Assembly (NCBI GenBank): GCA_015233335.1
Contig: JADFXX010000005.1
Span: 65,550-129,549 of the forward strand
Reading direction: 5' to 3'
Length of the DNA: 64,000 bases
From: Candidatus Omnitrophota bacterium
GTDB taxonomy: Bacteria > Omnitrophota > Gorgyraeia > Zapsychrales > Fredricksoniimonadaceae
Part shown: positions 1 through 8,830 of the stretch, piece after piece
Position numbering within the stretch: the first letter of the stretch is position 1
How the letters are laid out: the number at the start of each line of letters is the position of its first letter
The notes under the pieces: model-generated
Told to the model about the DNA's origin: nothing
Database searches by the model: none
What the model saw: only the letters and a program-made list of their open reading frames with translations
Made by a program: the position numbers and the translations under genes

Positions 1-320
1 CCGATAAGAGACTGCCGGGGCCGGACCATCAGGCCTCGCTGGATCCGCAGGAGCTATTGTCTTTGGTGAGGAGTATAAGAAATGTTGAACTAGCAATGGG
101 AGACGGTAAAAAGCAGCCTTCGGCTTGTGAGTTAAAGAATATTCCAGTTGTCCGCCGCAGTATTTTTGCGGCACGTGATATCTGTCAGGGAGAGATATTA
201 ACACAGAAAGATCTGATCGCTAAACGGCCTGGAACGGGGATCAGTCCCATGGCGTGGGACCGGGTTATCGGCCGTCGGGCTAAGCGTGATTTCCACGATG
301 ATGAAATGATAGAGTTGTGA
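1..320 (+). CDS. neuB: Nonulosonic acid synthase (NeuB/LegI/PseI family), C-terminal part; 5' end lies outside the window
   Basis: Frame 3 is open from nt 3: DKRLPGPDHQASLDPQELLSLVRSIRNVELAMGDGKK... The GPDHxASL block plus a C-terminal SAF-type domain are hallmarks of NeuB-family synthases. Confidence 0.85.
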   Translation, partial: DKRLPGPDHQASLDPQELLSLVRSIRNVELAMGDGKKQPSACELKNIPVVRRSIFAARDICQGEILTQKDLIAKRPGTGISPMAWDRVIGRRAKRDFHDDEMIEL

Positions 321-351
321 GCGACAAGCCTCTGGGGCGGCTAAAGGAGAC

Positions 352-1515
352 ATGATGAGGAGAAAAATTTGCGTGGTTACAGGATCAAGGGCGGAATATG
401 GCACGCTGTATCAAACGATCCAAAAGATCGCGGCATCTAATGAACTAGAGTTGCAGCTGGTTGTCACAGGGATGCATCTGTCAGGAGCCTTTGGTTATAC
501 TGTCAAAGAAATTGAGAAGGACGGATATCTTATTGCGGATCGCGTCGAAATGTTGATGGCTTCAGACAGCAAAACGGCGATTGGCAAATCTGTGGGATTG
601 GGGGTTATCGGGTTTGTTGATTGTTATAAGAGATTAGAGCCTGATATTGTCTTGTTGACCGGAGACCGTTTTGAAATGTTTGCAGCCGCGACTGCGGCCA
701 TGATGATGAATCTACCCATTGCGCATATTTCAGGAGGGGAGATTTCTGAAGGGGCGCTCGATGAACAGATCCGCCATGCGATCACAAAAATGAGCCATCT
801 TCATTTTGTTGCTATTGAAGAGAATGCTGCGGTAGTTAGACAAATGGGGGAGGAGCCATGGAGGATCAAAATTGTCGGGGGCACTTGGATAGATAATCTT
901 AAGAAATTTGTGCCGTTTAGCCGCGAAAGCATCCAGACACAGTTGGGCGTTGAACTTTTTTCACCCGCGATTTTGGTCACATATCATCCGGTTACTCTTG
1001 AGCTAGATAAGCTGGATCACTACATTGAGGTTCTTTTTGCAGCGCTTGCCAGAGTTAAAGGGGAGATTATTTTTACCTATCCTAACGCCGATGCGGGCGG
1101 AGAAAAGATCATTCGGGTTTTGGAATCCTTCAGGATTGGACGGCCGCAGGTCAAGGTCTTTAAAAGTCTGGGCTGGCAGATGTATTATAGCCTTTTGAAA
1201 CATGTGGATATTATGGTTGGCAACTCATCGAGCGGGATACATGAAGGGATGGCATTCCAGCTTCCTGTTGTTAATATAGGTAACCGCCAGAGAGGGCGTT
1301 TTACGACGGGGAATGTTATCAGTGTTGCGGATGATCAAGAGGCTATTTATAACGCTATACAGCAGGGGTTAAGGAAGGACTTTAAGGCCAATATCAAAAT
1401 GATGAGAGATCCTTATGATAAGGGGGATACTTCAGGCAATATCGTGCAAGCCCTAAAGACGGTAGATCTTGGGTCCAGAATATTATCCAAGAGGTTTTTG
1501 TTAAGCAGTGATTAA
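352..1515 (+). CDS. neuC: Hydrolysing nucleotide-HexNAc 2-epimerase (NeuC/LegG family)
   Basis: 387 aa; KICVVTGSRAEYG N-terminus and AHISGGEISEGALDEQIRHAITKMSHLHF block typical of NeuC-type epimerases; AAAGGAG RBS upstream. Confidence 0.85.
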   Translation: MMRRKICVVTGSRAEYGTLYQTIQKIAASNELELQLVVTGMHLSGAFGYTVKEIEKDGYLIADRVEMLMASDSKTAIGKSVGLGVIGFVDCYKRLEPDIVLLTGDRFEMFAAATAAMMMNLPIAHISGGEISEGALDEQIRHAITKMSHLHFVAIEENAAVVRQMGEEPWRIKIVGGTWIDNLKKFVPFSRESIQTQLGVELFSPAILVTYHPVTLELDKLDHYIEVLFAALARVKGEIIFTYPNADAGGEKIIRVLESFRIGRPQVKVFKSLGWQMYYSLLKHVDIMVGNSSSGIHEGMAFQLPVVNIGNRQRGRFTTGNVISVADDQEAIYNAIQQGLRKDFKANIKMMRDPYDKGDTSGNIVQALKTVDLGSRILSKRFLLSSD

Positions 1516-1573
1516 ACCCGTATTTTGCTGTTGCAACATCCGGGTTAAAAAGAGGCATAAGGAGATTCTATAA

Positions 1574-2632
1574 ATGGTCAAAGAAATCCTGATCCATAGA
1601 ACTGAGTCTATCAAATTTGCTTTAAAGAAATTAGATAAAACAGCGAAAAAAGTACTGCTTGTGGTAGATCATGAGGAAAAGTTGTTAGGGACAATCGCGG
1701 ATGGGGATATTAGGCGGTATATATTAAGCGGTAAGAGTCTGGACAATGATATCCGGGAGGTCTATAACAAAAAACCGATTTATATAAAAAAGGAAGAGTT
1801 TTCCCCCGAGCTCGCCAAAGAGATGCTGGTGACAAGCAAGGTCGGGCTGATCCCTATTGTAGAAAAAGGGGGGAAAATATTAGATTTTGTAACATGGGAT
1901 CAGCTTTTTACCGATATGCCTATAACGGCCAGGGTCAACATTCCCGTAGTCATAGTGGCGGGAGGGATGGGGTCGAGGCTCGAGCCTTTTACAAAAGTTT
2001 TTCCAAAGCCGTTGATACCTATCGGGGATAAGCCTGTTGTTGAGGTGATCATCGATGAATTTAAAAAGCAGGGGGTTAATAGTTTTTATTTGACCCTGAA
2101 CCATAAAGGGGAAATGGTTGAATCTTATTTCAAGAGTGTAAAGAAAGATTATAAATTAACCTATATTTGGGAAAAAACTTTCCTGGGAACGGCCGGCAGC
2201 TTAAAGCTTTTGGAAAAAAAGATAGGGGATCTTTTTATAGTTTCCAACTGCGATGTTTTGGTTAAGGTGAATTTTGAGGATGCTGTCAATGTTCATAAAA
2301 AAGAGGGGGCCTTAATGACGGTCCTATCGTCTATTCAACATCATAAAATACCGTATGGTGTTGTTAAATCAAAAGAAAAAGGAAGAATTGTCAGCATCAC
2401 AGAAAAGCCGGAATATACGCTGACGATCAATACAGGGGTGTACATTTTTAGTAAAGAATGTTTGAAGTTCATCCCTAAGAATTCACCTTTTGACATGCCC
2501 GACCTGATAGAGCATTTAATAAAAAATAATAAGATGGTCATTACTTATCCGGTCAATGAAAGCGATTATATAGATGTCGGTCAGTGGGAAGAATATAAAA
2601 ATGCTGTTGAGAAATTACAGGTGTTGAGATGA
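1574..2632 (+). CDS. CBS-pair + sugar-phosphate nucleotidyltransferase fusion (PtmE-like architecture)
   Basis: 352 aa; N-terminal CBS region (LLGTIADGDIRRYIL) followed by NTP-transferase G-loop VVIVAGGMGSRLEPFTKVFPKPLIPI; same domain order as the Campylobacter legionaminic-acid pathway enzyme PtmE. Confidence 0.75.
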   Translation: MVKEILIHRTESIKFALKKLDKTAKKVLLVVDHEEKLLGTIADGDIRRYILSGKSLDNDIREVYNKKPIYIKKEEFSPELAKEMLVTSKVGLIPIVEKGGKILDFVTWDQLFTDMPITARVNIPVVIVAGGMGSRLEPFTKVFPKPLIPIGDKPVVEVIIDEFKKQGVNSFYLTLNHKGEMVESYFKSVKKDYKLTYIWEKTFLGTAGSLKLLEKKIGDLFIVSNCDVLVKVNFEDAVNVHKKEGALMTVLSSIQHHKIPYGVVKSKEKGRIVSITEKPEYTLTINTGVYIFSKECLKFIPKNSPFDMPDLIEHLIKNNKMVITYPVNESDYIDVGQWEEYKNAVEKLQVLR

Positions 2633-2650
2633 TAAGCTTGAGGCCGACCC

Positions 2651-3373
2651 ATGTATAAGAATCAAAGGATCATAGCGTTGGTGCCTGCCAGGGGTGGCAG
2701 TAAAGGATTGCCGCATAAGAATATCCGTTTGCTTGAGGGGAAACCTTTGATTGCTTGGACAATAGAACAGGCGAAGAAAAGTAAATATATCGACAGGGTG
2801 ATCGTCAGTACAGATGATAAAAAAATCGCCAATATATCCAAACAATACCAGGCCCAAGTGCCGTTCTTGAGGCCTGCCGCATTGGCAACTGATAAAGCAG
2901 CGATGATGGATGTCGTTTTCCATGCCATGGAATGGATAAAGAGGAATAATGATTCTTATGATTTGATAATGCTTCTTCAGCCGACATCTCCTCTAAGAAA
3001 GTCTAGGGATATAGATGACGCGATAAAATGGCTTTTTAAAAAGAATGCTAAAGCCATTGTTTCTGTATGCAAGACAGAGCATCATCCTTATGGGGCAAAT
3101 GTCTTGCCTAAGAATGGCTGTATGGGGACTTTTATAAGACCGGAAATTGTGAATAAGAACAGGCAACAGCTGCCGGTTTTTTATAGAATCAATGGCGCTA
3201 TTTATCTAGCTAATTGGAGCTATTTAAAAAAGAACAGGCAATTTCTGGGCAAGAAAACTTACGCTTATATTATGCCTGCCGTAAGGTCGGTCGACATAGA
3301 CAGTCATATGGATTTTGAATTTGCTGGCTTTTGTTTGAAGACACAAAGAGTGCGCCAAAGGAGTAAGCGATGA
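2651..3373 (+). CDS. neuA: CMP-nonulosonic acid synthetase (acylneuraminate cytidylyltransferase family)
   Basis: 240 aa; IALVPARGGSKGLPHKNI N-terminal motif and LLQPTSPLR block typical of NeuA/LegF-type cytidylyltransferases. Confidence 0.85.
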   Translation: MYKNQRIIALVPARGGSKGLPHKNIRLLEGKPLIAWTIEQAKKSKYIDRVIVSTDDKKIANISKQYQAQVPFLRPAALATDKAAMMDVVFHAMEWIKRNNDSYDLIMLLQPTSPLRKSRDIDDAIKWLFKKNAKAIVSVCKTEHHPYGANVLPKNGCMGTFIRPEIVNKNRQQLPVFYRINGAIYLANWSYLKKNRQFLGKKTYAYIMPAVRSVDIDSHMDFEFAGFCLKTQRVRQRSKR

Positions 3374-4758
3374 GAGTATTGTTAGTGGTTTACGATGACA
3401 GTGCATATATACATTGGTTCCCGCAGGGCCTGGCCTATATTGCTGCAGTACTTTTGAAAGAGGGGCATGAGGTGCAGGTATACAGTCAGGATAAATGCCA
3501 TTATCCAGATGAGCATCTCACCGCTTATTTGGATCAGAATAAATATGATGTCGTGGGCGTAAGCGTGATCGCAGGGTATTACCAATACAGGAAATTATTG
3601 AAGATATCCGAGGCTATCAACAGGTCAAAAAACAGGCCGTTTTACATCATTGGCGGACACGGACCTGCCCCGGAGGCGGAATTCTTTCTTAAGAAAACAC
3701 AGGCTGATGTCGCCGTGATCGGTGAGGGAGAATTGACCGTCGTGGAACTGCTGGAAGCTTTGACCGATAAAAAACCCTTGAATAATATCAAAGGGATCGC
3801 TTACCGCATGGGAGACCGCGTGACTATCAATGAACGCAGGGGATTGATCAAAGATATTGATACGATACCCTTTCCTGCCTATGCGCTTTTTCCGATAGAG
3901 TATTACAGGCTTTTGAGAGCTCCGCATAATAAAAATGTGGATTTCTCAATGCCTGTCTTATCAGGCAGGGGATGTACGTTCACATGTAATTTTTGCTACA
4001 GGCTGGATGAAGGATTCAGGCCGCGAAGCCCACAGAACATCGTCGAAGAAATAGAGTTCCTGAAAAAGACATATAATATTACCTACATCATCTTTTCAGA
4101 TGAGCTCATGATGTCTTCCATAGAACGCACAATGACATTATGCAATTATTTTATTGAAAAGAAATTAAATGTGCGATGGGATTGCAACGGCAGGCTCAAT
4201 TATGCTAAACCTGATGTGCTTAAGCTGATGAAAAAGGCGGGCTGCGTTTTCATTAATTATGGTATTGAAGCCATGGATGACCGGATATTAAAGAATATGA
4301 AGAAATCATTGACCGTGGAGATCATCATAAAGGGGATCGAAGCGACCCTGAAAGAAGGCATTAGTCCGGGATTTAATATCATATTCGGCAATATCGGTGA
4401 AAATAAAGAAACGTTGAACAAGGGAGTGGAATTTTTATTAAAATATGATGATGGTTCCCAGATGAGGACCATCCGTCCGGTCACTCCTTATCCGGGTTCG
4501 CCGCTTTATTATTATGCCATAGAAAAAGGTCTGCTTAAGGATTGTGAAGATTTTTATGAAAATAAACATATTAATTCTGATCTACTCGCGATCAACTTTA
4601 CGGATATGAGCGATGATGAATTCCATCGGAGCCTACTCGAGGCCAACACCAGGCTGATTTCTAATTATTATCAGAAAAGGTTATCTTCGACGATCAGGCA
4701 GATGGAGGAGCTTTATTTACAAAAGAATGCCAATTTCCGGGGATTCCGACATGTTTAA
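3370..4758 (+). CDS. B12-binding-domain radical SAM protein (class B rSAM, methyltransferase-like)
   Basis: 462 aa; N-terminal Rossmann-type cobalamin-domain-like region (VVGVSVIAGYY...IIGGHGP), radical SAM cluster motif SGRGCTFTCNFCY (CxxxCxxC); ATG overlaps the neuA stop (ATGA at 3370-3373). Confidence 0.8.
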   Translation: MRVLLVVYDDSAYIHWFPQGLAYIAAVLLKEGHEVQVYSQDKCHYPDEHLTAYLDQNKYDVVGVSVIAGYYQYRKLLKISEAINRSKNRPFYIIGGHGPAPEAEFFLKKTQADVAVIGEGELTVVELLEALTDKKPLNNIKGIAYRMGDRVTINERRGLIKDIDTIPFPAYALFPIEYYRLLRAPHNKNVDFSMPVLSGRGCTFTCNFCYRLDEGFRPRSPQNIVEEIEFLKKTYNITYIIFSDELMMSSIERTMTLCNYFIEKKLNVRWDCNGRLNYAKPDVLKLMKKAGCVFINYGIEAMDDRILKNMKKSLTVEIIIKGIEATLKEGISPGFNIIFGNIGENKETLNKGVEFLLKYDDGSQMRTIRPVTPYPGSPLYYYAIEKGLLKDCEDFYENKHINSDLLAINFTDMSDDEFHRSLLEANTRLISNYYQKRLSSTIRQMEELYLQKNANFRGFRHV

Positions 4759-4801
4759 AAAAAAGGATGAAAATCGGCGTTAATGAACCCAAGGAGTGTT
4801 T

Positions 4802-5905
4802 TTAAAACTTGGGGGAAGATTCATAGCTATTGAAAATCTTTTTGACTAAATCTGGTCGAGCATGGTAGCTATCATAAAAACCATCCCCGGTCTGATCAAA
4901 CTGACGCGGATCAAAAGAGCCAATAATTCTTACTTTGAGTTTTCGAGCTAAATCTTGGAAATAGCGATCCATCTCGAGGACCTTGAACGTTTTTTCTTTA
5001 AGAGACATCCATTGGTAAGCATACTCATGATAAGGGGGGAAATAAAAAATGACTTCAACCCCTCGGGATTGTAAATAAAGGATCATTTGTTCCATAACCT
5101 TTTCCAGAGCCTGATCTGGCTTGAACGTGAACATTTTTCCCCCGATGTGAACGGTTGGGATCGTTAGTTGTCGCACTTCTTCTTTGGTCCTAGCCCGATA
5201 AGTCTCAGCCCACGAGAGAGTCCCGTCCTTTAATAACGTATACTCAAGTTTTTGGCAATTTTCATCCGTCGGAAAATTTCTTCGCACAAAAAGATGATCA
5301 TGTGTGAATAGGATATTGGCCGCCTGCTGAAAATAACTCAGTGACAATATGATCCAGAAAGATTGATCAAAGGACGGTTTAGTGTGATAATTTGATCCTA
5401 ATTTCTTCAAGAACTTTTGTATATCATCAGAGGTTTCAGATCGCCGTGGCTCTGAGGAGAACATCCAAGGGTCAATTCCTATGATAAGGGTTCGAGGCAT
5501 TTTCTTCTGCTCGTCCATAACAGAAAGCAAAGCTAGATCATCAAGTAAGCTCCCACCGCTGATCCAAAGATTCATGATCTTTTTGTTAGGGAAGATGTTC
5601 TCTCCGATTTCTGCCGAACGGCTTGAACCGAGCACGACAATATCTGACACAGGCATAATTTCAATCGTATACTTTCGTGTTAAAACATCGTCAACGGGGC
5701 GGTAGTTGCCGATATTTTTTCCGCAAGCCAATTGAGTTGCGGTTTTTCGTGCATGGTCTTTCTCAAGGAACATGTCCCCTGGGTCAACCAAAATATTTAA
5801 ACAAACAATCCCTATCAAAATTGGGAAAAAACGGGCTGCTTTTGATAAGAAACGTTTGATATCCTGAATTTCAAAATTGGAAATATATGAAAGAATTTTT
5901 TCCAT
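4802..5905 (-). CDS. DltD/AlgJ/AlgX-like membrane-anchored partner of the MBOAT (putative O-acyl transfer protein)
   Basis: 367 aa; N-terminal TM anchor (FFPILIGIVCLNILV). It lies directly downstream of the MBOAT gene and overlaps it by 35 nt, the usual MBOAT + DltD/AlgJ-type arrangement. The assignment rests mainly on context and size. Confidence 0.5.
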   Translation of the reverse strand: MEKILSYISNFEIQDIKRFLSKAARFFPILIGIVCLNILVDPGDMFLEKDHARKTATQLACGKNIGNYRPVDDVLTRKYTIEIMPVSDIVVLGSSRSAEIGENIFPNKKIMNLWISGGSLLDDLALLSVMDEQKKMPRTLIIGIDPWMFSSEPRRSETSDDIQKFLKKLGSNYHTKPSFDQSFWIILSLSYFQQAANILFTHDHLFVRRNFPTDENCQKLEYTLLKDGTLSWAETYRARTKEEVRQLTIPTVHIGGKMFTFKPDQALEKVMEQMILYLQSRGVEVIFYFPPYHEYAYQWMSLKEKTFKVLEMDRYFQDLARKLKVRIIGSFDPRQFDQTGDGFYDSYHARPDLVKKIFNSYESSPKF

Positions 5906-7346
5906 AAACTCCTAAAAAAACCATAGATAGAACAATGCCATAATAGAAGGACCATCTCAGCCATGCAGGCTTACCTGCAAACATATGGCGGATATTGTTG
6001 TGCCTCTGAACGGCCTCGACTGCATTCAAGCTGACCAACAGCAATAATGGGAGAATAAGCTGCCGTGTTCCAAATCCCAAACAGCCGTAGATGCCTTTTC
6101 CAATACCCTGTGTCGATATATGTTCAAGAAGTTCTCCCCATCCCTTTGGTAACTGAGAAACAATATAAAAAGCGTCATGAATATCTTTAGCTCGGAAAAA
6201 TATCCAGGAAAAACAGATCAGAGAGAATGTCACCCCTGCCTGCCAGAATTTTAAAAGTTTTGGCTGACGGGTCAAGCCAATCGATTGGCTCAGCTTGTTT
6301 CTGATATAAGCGCTCCAGATTCCGAATATAAGATAAAATCCATTGAGTGCCCCCCAAATAAAGAAAGTCCAGTTGGCTCCGTGCCACATGCCGCTTAATA
6401 AGAATGTTAAGAAAATATTCATTTGCCACCGCCAGCGGACGCATCTGTTCCCCCCCAACGAAATATAAACATAATCCTTAAACCAGCTTGATAGAGATAT
6501 GTGCCAGCGTCTCCAGAACTCTGAAATGGATTTTGAAAAATAAGGCCGATTGAAATTATCCATAAGGCGGAAACCCATAACTTGGGCTGCACCAATGGCG
6601 ATATCCGAGTAACCGGAAAAGTCACAGTAGATCTGAAAGGCAAAAAAGATTGTGGCCATAACAAAAGCCGGGCCGTGATATAAAGACGGATCAGTGTAGA
6701 TTTCATTGACAAAAATCGCTAATCGGTCAGCAATTACAATTTTCTTGAACATCCCCCAGGCCATTAATTTAAGGCCATCAGTCACCCTCCTGTATTCAAA
6801 ATAATGTTTTTCTCTGAACTGAAACAACATATGTTGAGGACGTTCAATAGGCCCAGATACGAGCTGAGGGTAGAACATCACATAAAGGGCGTAAATTCCC
6901 AGATGACGCTCCGCTTTTTGTCGGCCTTTATAGACCTCGATCACGTAAGAGAGGCTTTGAAAGGTGTGAAATGAAAGACCAATGGGCAGAATGATTTCGA
7001 AAACATGGTCAGGATAGCTTAAGCCTAAGAAATGTCCGATAGCGGCCAGGTTTTGATTGAAGAAATTAAAATATTTAAAAAAGAATAGGACTATGCAGGT
7101 TGAAGCGATGCTGACGACAAGCCAGCATTGACGAGCTCTCCCTTGCGTGTCCTCAATGAATATCCCGGCGCAATAGTCGATAAGAATCAGAAAAAAGAGG
7201 ATGAAGATATACTTCGGGATGAACCACATATAAAAAAGACAACTGGCGCCCAAGAGAAGCCACCAGCGACAGGTTTGTGGGAATAAAAAATATAATGCCG
7301 TCACAATCGGAAAAAATATGAGGAATGGCAGAGTATTGAAAGACAA
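5871..7346 (-). CDS. MBOAT-family membrane O-acyltransferase (AlgI/DltB-like)
   Basis: 491 aa polytopic protein; FWRRWHISLSSWFKDYVYISLGGNR and SGMWHGANW (conserved His) blocks; MSFNTLPFLIFFP N-terminus typical of AlgI/DltB; TTG start. Confidence 0.85.
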   Translation of the reverse strand: MSFNTLPFLIFFPIVTALYFLFPQTCRWWLLLGASCLFYMWFIPKYIFILFFLILIDYCAGIFIEDTQGRARQCWLVVSIASTCIVLFFFKYFNFFNQNLAAIGHFLGLSYPDHVFEIILPIGLSFHTFQSLSYVIEVYKGRQKAERHLGIYALYVMFYPQLVSGPIERPQHMLFQFREKHYFEYRRVTDGLKLMAWGMFKKIVIADRLAIFVNEIYTDPSLYHGPAFVMATIFFAFQIYCDFSGYSDIAIGAAQVMGFRLMDNFNRPYFSKSISEFWRRWHISLSSWFKDYVYISLGGNRCVRWRWQMNIFLTFLLSGMWHGANWTFFIWGALNGFYLIFGIWSAYIRNKLSQSIGLTRQPKLLKFWQAGVTFSLICFSWIFFRAKDIHDAFYIVSQLPKGWGELLEHISTQGIGKGIYGCLGFGTRQLILPLLLLVSLNAVEAVQRHNNIRHMFAGKPAWLRWSFYYGIVLSMVFLGVYGKNSFIYFQF

Positions 7347-7442
7347 GAGGAATACCTATGCTTTGAGACACCTATTGCAAACAGGCAACAGGAGTATAAA
7401 ATTATATAAATTAATAATTTTATAAGTATAATTTTGAATAAT

Positions 7443-7469
7443 ACTATAGTAATACTTTTTATTTGTCAA
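7443..7469 (-). promoter_or_regulatory. Candidate sigma70-type promoter for the MBOAT/DltD-like pair
   Basis: Minus strand reads TTGACA (7469-7464), 15-nt spacer, TATAGT (7448-7443), inside a very AT-rich 284-nt divergent intergenic region. The spacer is shorter than optimal. Confidence 0.35.
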
Positions 7470-7630
7470 CGCTGATTACGATTTTTGGCGGCTTTAATTT
7501 GGGACTTGGGTTACTCAGACAGCTCAATTTGCTATTGCGCTTTCTTGCTGTCCGTTATATTATTATTGCTCTTGAGTTTTAGGTAAAATCCATTCCCAGG
7601 GATTCTGCCATATTTAAGAAAGGCGAAGAA

Positions 7631-8815
7631 GTGACAAAGATCGTCTTTTTGCTATCATCGGTATTCAGCCAGAAAGATAAAGAGCGTTTTGGCGTTGAAA
7701 TTCTACAACAAAATGGCTTTGAAGTGGAAGTCTGGGATTTTACGCCGTTTCTTAATCCATGGAGATGGGGCATCTCAGAGCCTTTTGATAAAAGTCAATT
7801 TGAGGCTTACCGCGTTTTATTGACAAAGAAAGAAGCTCTTGGGGCATTATCCGGTCTGACCAAGGACTGTCTGATTATTTGTGTCGTTGATTACTCCTAT
7901 GAAACCTTTTTTCTTTATCGAAAAATTTCAGACCTCAGGCTGCCTTATTGTTTGATCGCGTATAATTTTCCAACTTTTGATATGAAATCCGGCAGGAGCA
8001 ATATATTTAAACGGTTGGCAAATTTATCGTTTGAAAAATTGAGGGTACACCTATTCTATAAAATACCATTCCAGTGGCTTGGGGTCAAGCCGGCCAAGAT
8101 CGTGCTGATGCTGGGAGGAGGCGACACCCTCACGAGGTGCACAATCGACAGAACAACCGAGATCATCCGGTCACATTATTTTGACTATGACCTTTATCTT
8201 CAAGAAATTCAAAAGCCTCTGGAGACAGATGATCATACGGCTGTTTTTTTGGATAATTATATTCCTTTTCACCCGGACTGGTGTGGCCCATCTCATGTGG
8301 AACCCGAGGAGTATTATTCGATTCTTTGTAAGTTTTTTGATTTGCTGGAGAACAAATATGGGGTACGTGTGGTTATCGCTGCCCATCCTCGTTCGGCCTA
8401 TGAGGATTTACCGGATTATTTTAACGGCAGGCTTGTTATTAAAGGGAAAACCGCAGAATTGGTTAGGCGATCAAAATTTGCGATCGTTCATTATAGCGCG
8501 TCGGTCAGCTTTGCAGCTTTATTTAATAAACCAATTATTTTTGTGACAACCGAAAAGTTGCATCAGACTCAAGATGCGAAAATTATAGACTTTATGGCGG
8601 GTTTGTTTAATAAATCTGTTATTAATCTAAACGGGGACCTCCAAGTTGATACGGACCGGGAATTTACAGTGGATGATACTGCGTATAAGAAATATATAGA
8701 TGCTTATATCAAGCCCAAGGGCACTTCAGATTTGCCGATATGGCAAGTTTTTGCCAATAACCTTAAAAATGTTAAACAATCTGAGCGGGCACAGTGTTGC
8801 GGTAAGCCGATATAA
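7631..8815 (+). CDS. Hypothetical soluble protein; possible GT-B-like surface-carbohydrate transferase
   Basis: 394 aa, GTG start after AAAGG; no motif I can name with certainty. The C-terminal half (VVIAAHPRS...AIVHYSASVSFAALFNKPIIFV) resembles a Rossmann-type transferase half-domain. First gene of the long + strand run. Confidence 0.5.
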   Translation: MTKIVFLLSSVFSQKDKERFGVEILQQNGFEVEVWDFTPFLNPWRWGISEPFDKSQFEAYRVLLTKKEALGALSGLTKDCLIICVVDYSYETFFLYRKISDLRLPYCLIAYNFPTFDMKSGRSNIFKRLANLSFEKLRVHLFYKIPFQWLGVKPAKIVLMLGGGDTLTRCTIDRTTEIIRSHYFDYDLYLQEIQKPLETDDHTAVFLDNYIPFHPDWCGPSHVEPEEYYSILCKFFDLLENKYGVRVVIAAHPRSAYEDLPDYFNGRLVIKGKTAELVRRSKFAIVHYSASVSFAALFNKPIIFVTTEKLHQTQDAKIIDFMAGLFNKSVINLNGDLQVDTDREFTVDDTAYKKYIDAYIKPKGTSDLPIWQVFANNLKNVKQSERAQCCGKPI

Positions 8816-8830
8816 ATATTTGGAGAGGTA

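Noticed and set aside
4759-4810. Bidirectional terminator between the convergent rSAM and DltD-like genes
   Set aside because: Only a 6-bp stem (CCCAAG...CTTGGG) with a 14-nt loop is present, and its right arm lies inside the minus-strand coding region. That is too weak to call. A similar weak 6-bp stem (one G-U pair) at 61236-61253, between ETF-QO and the pilin gene, was also not called.
7380-7470. ATAATTTT direct repeats (7414-7421 and 7428-7435) in the divergent AT-rich spacer, as regulator binding sites
   Set aside because: Short AT-only repeats are expected by chance in such AT-rich DNA. They are mentioned only as part of the promoter region, not as a supported operator.
8181-8546. 121-aa + strand ORF in an alternative frame of the 7631-8815 gene
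   Set aside because: It is fully nested in a longer ORF that fits the tight operon spacing. Its hydrophobic, Ile/Phe/Leu-rich translation is what an AT-rich off-frame produces.
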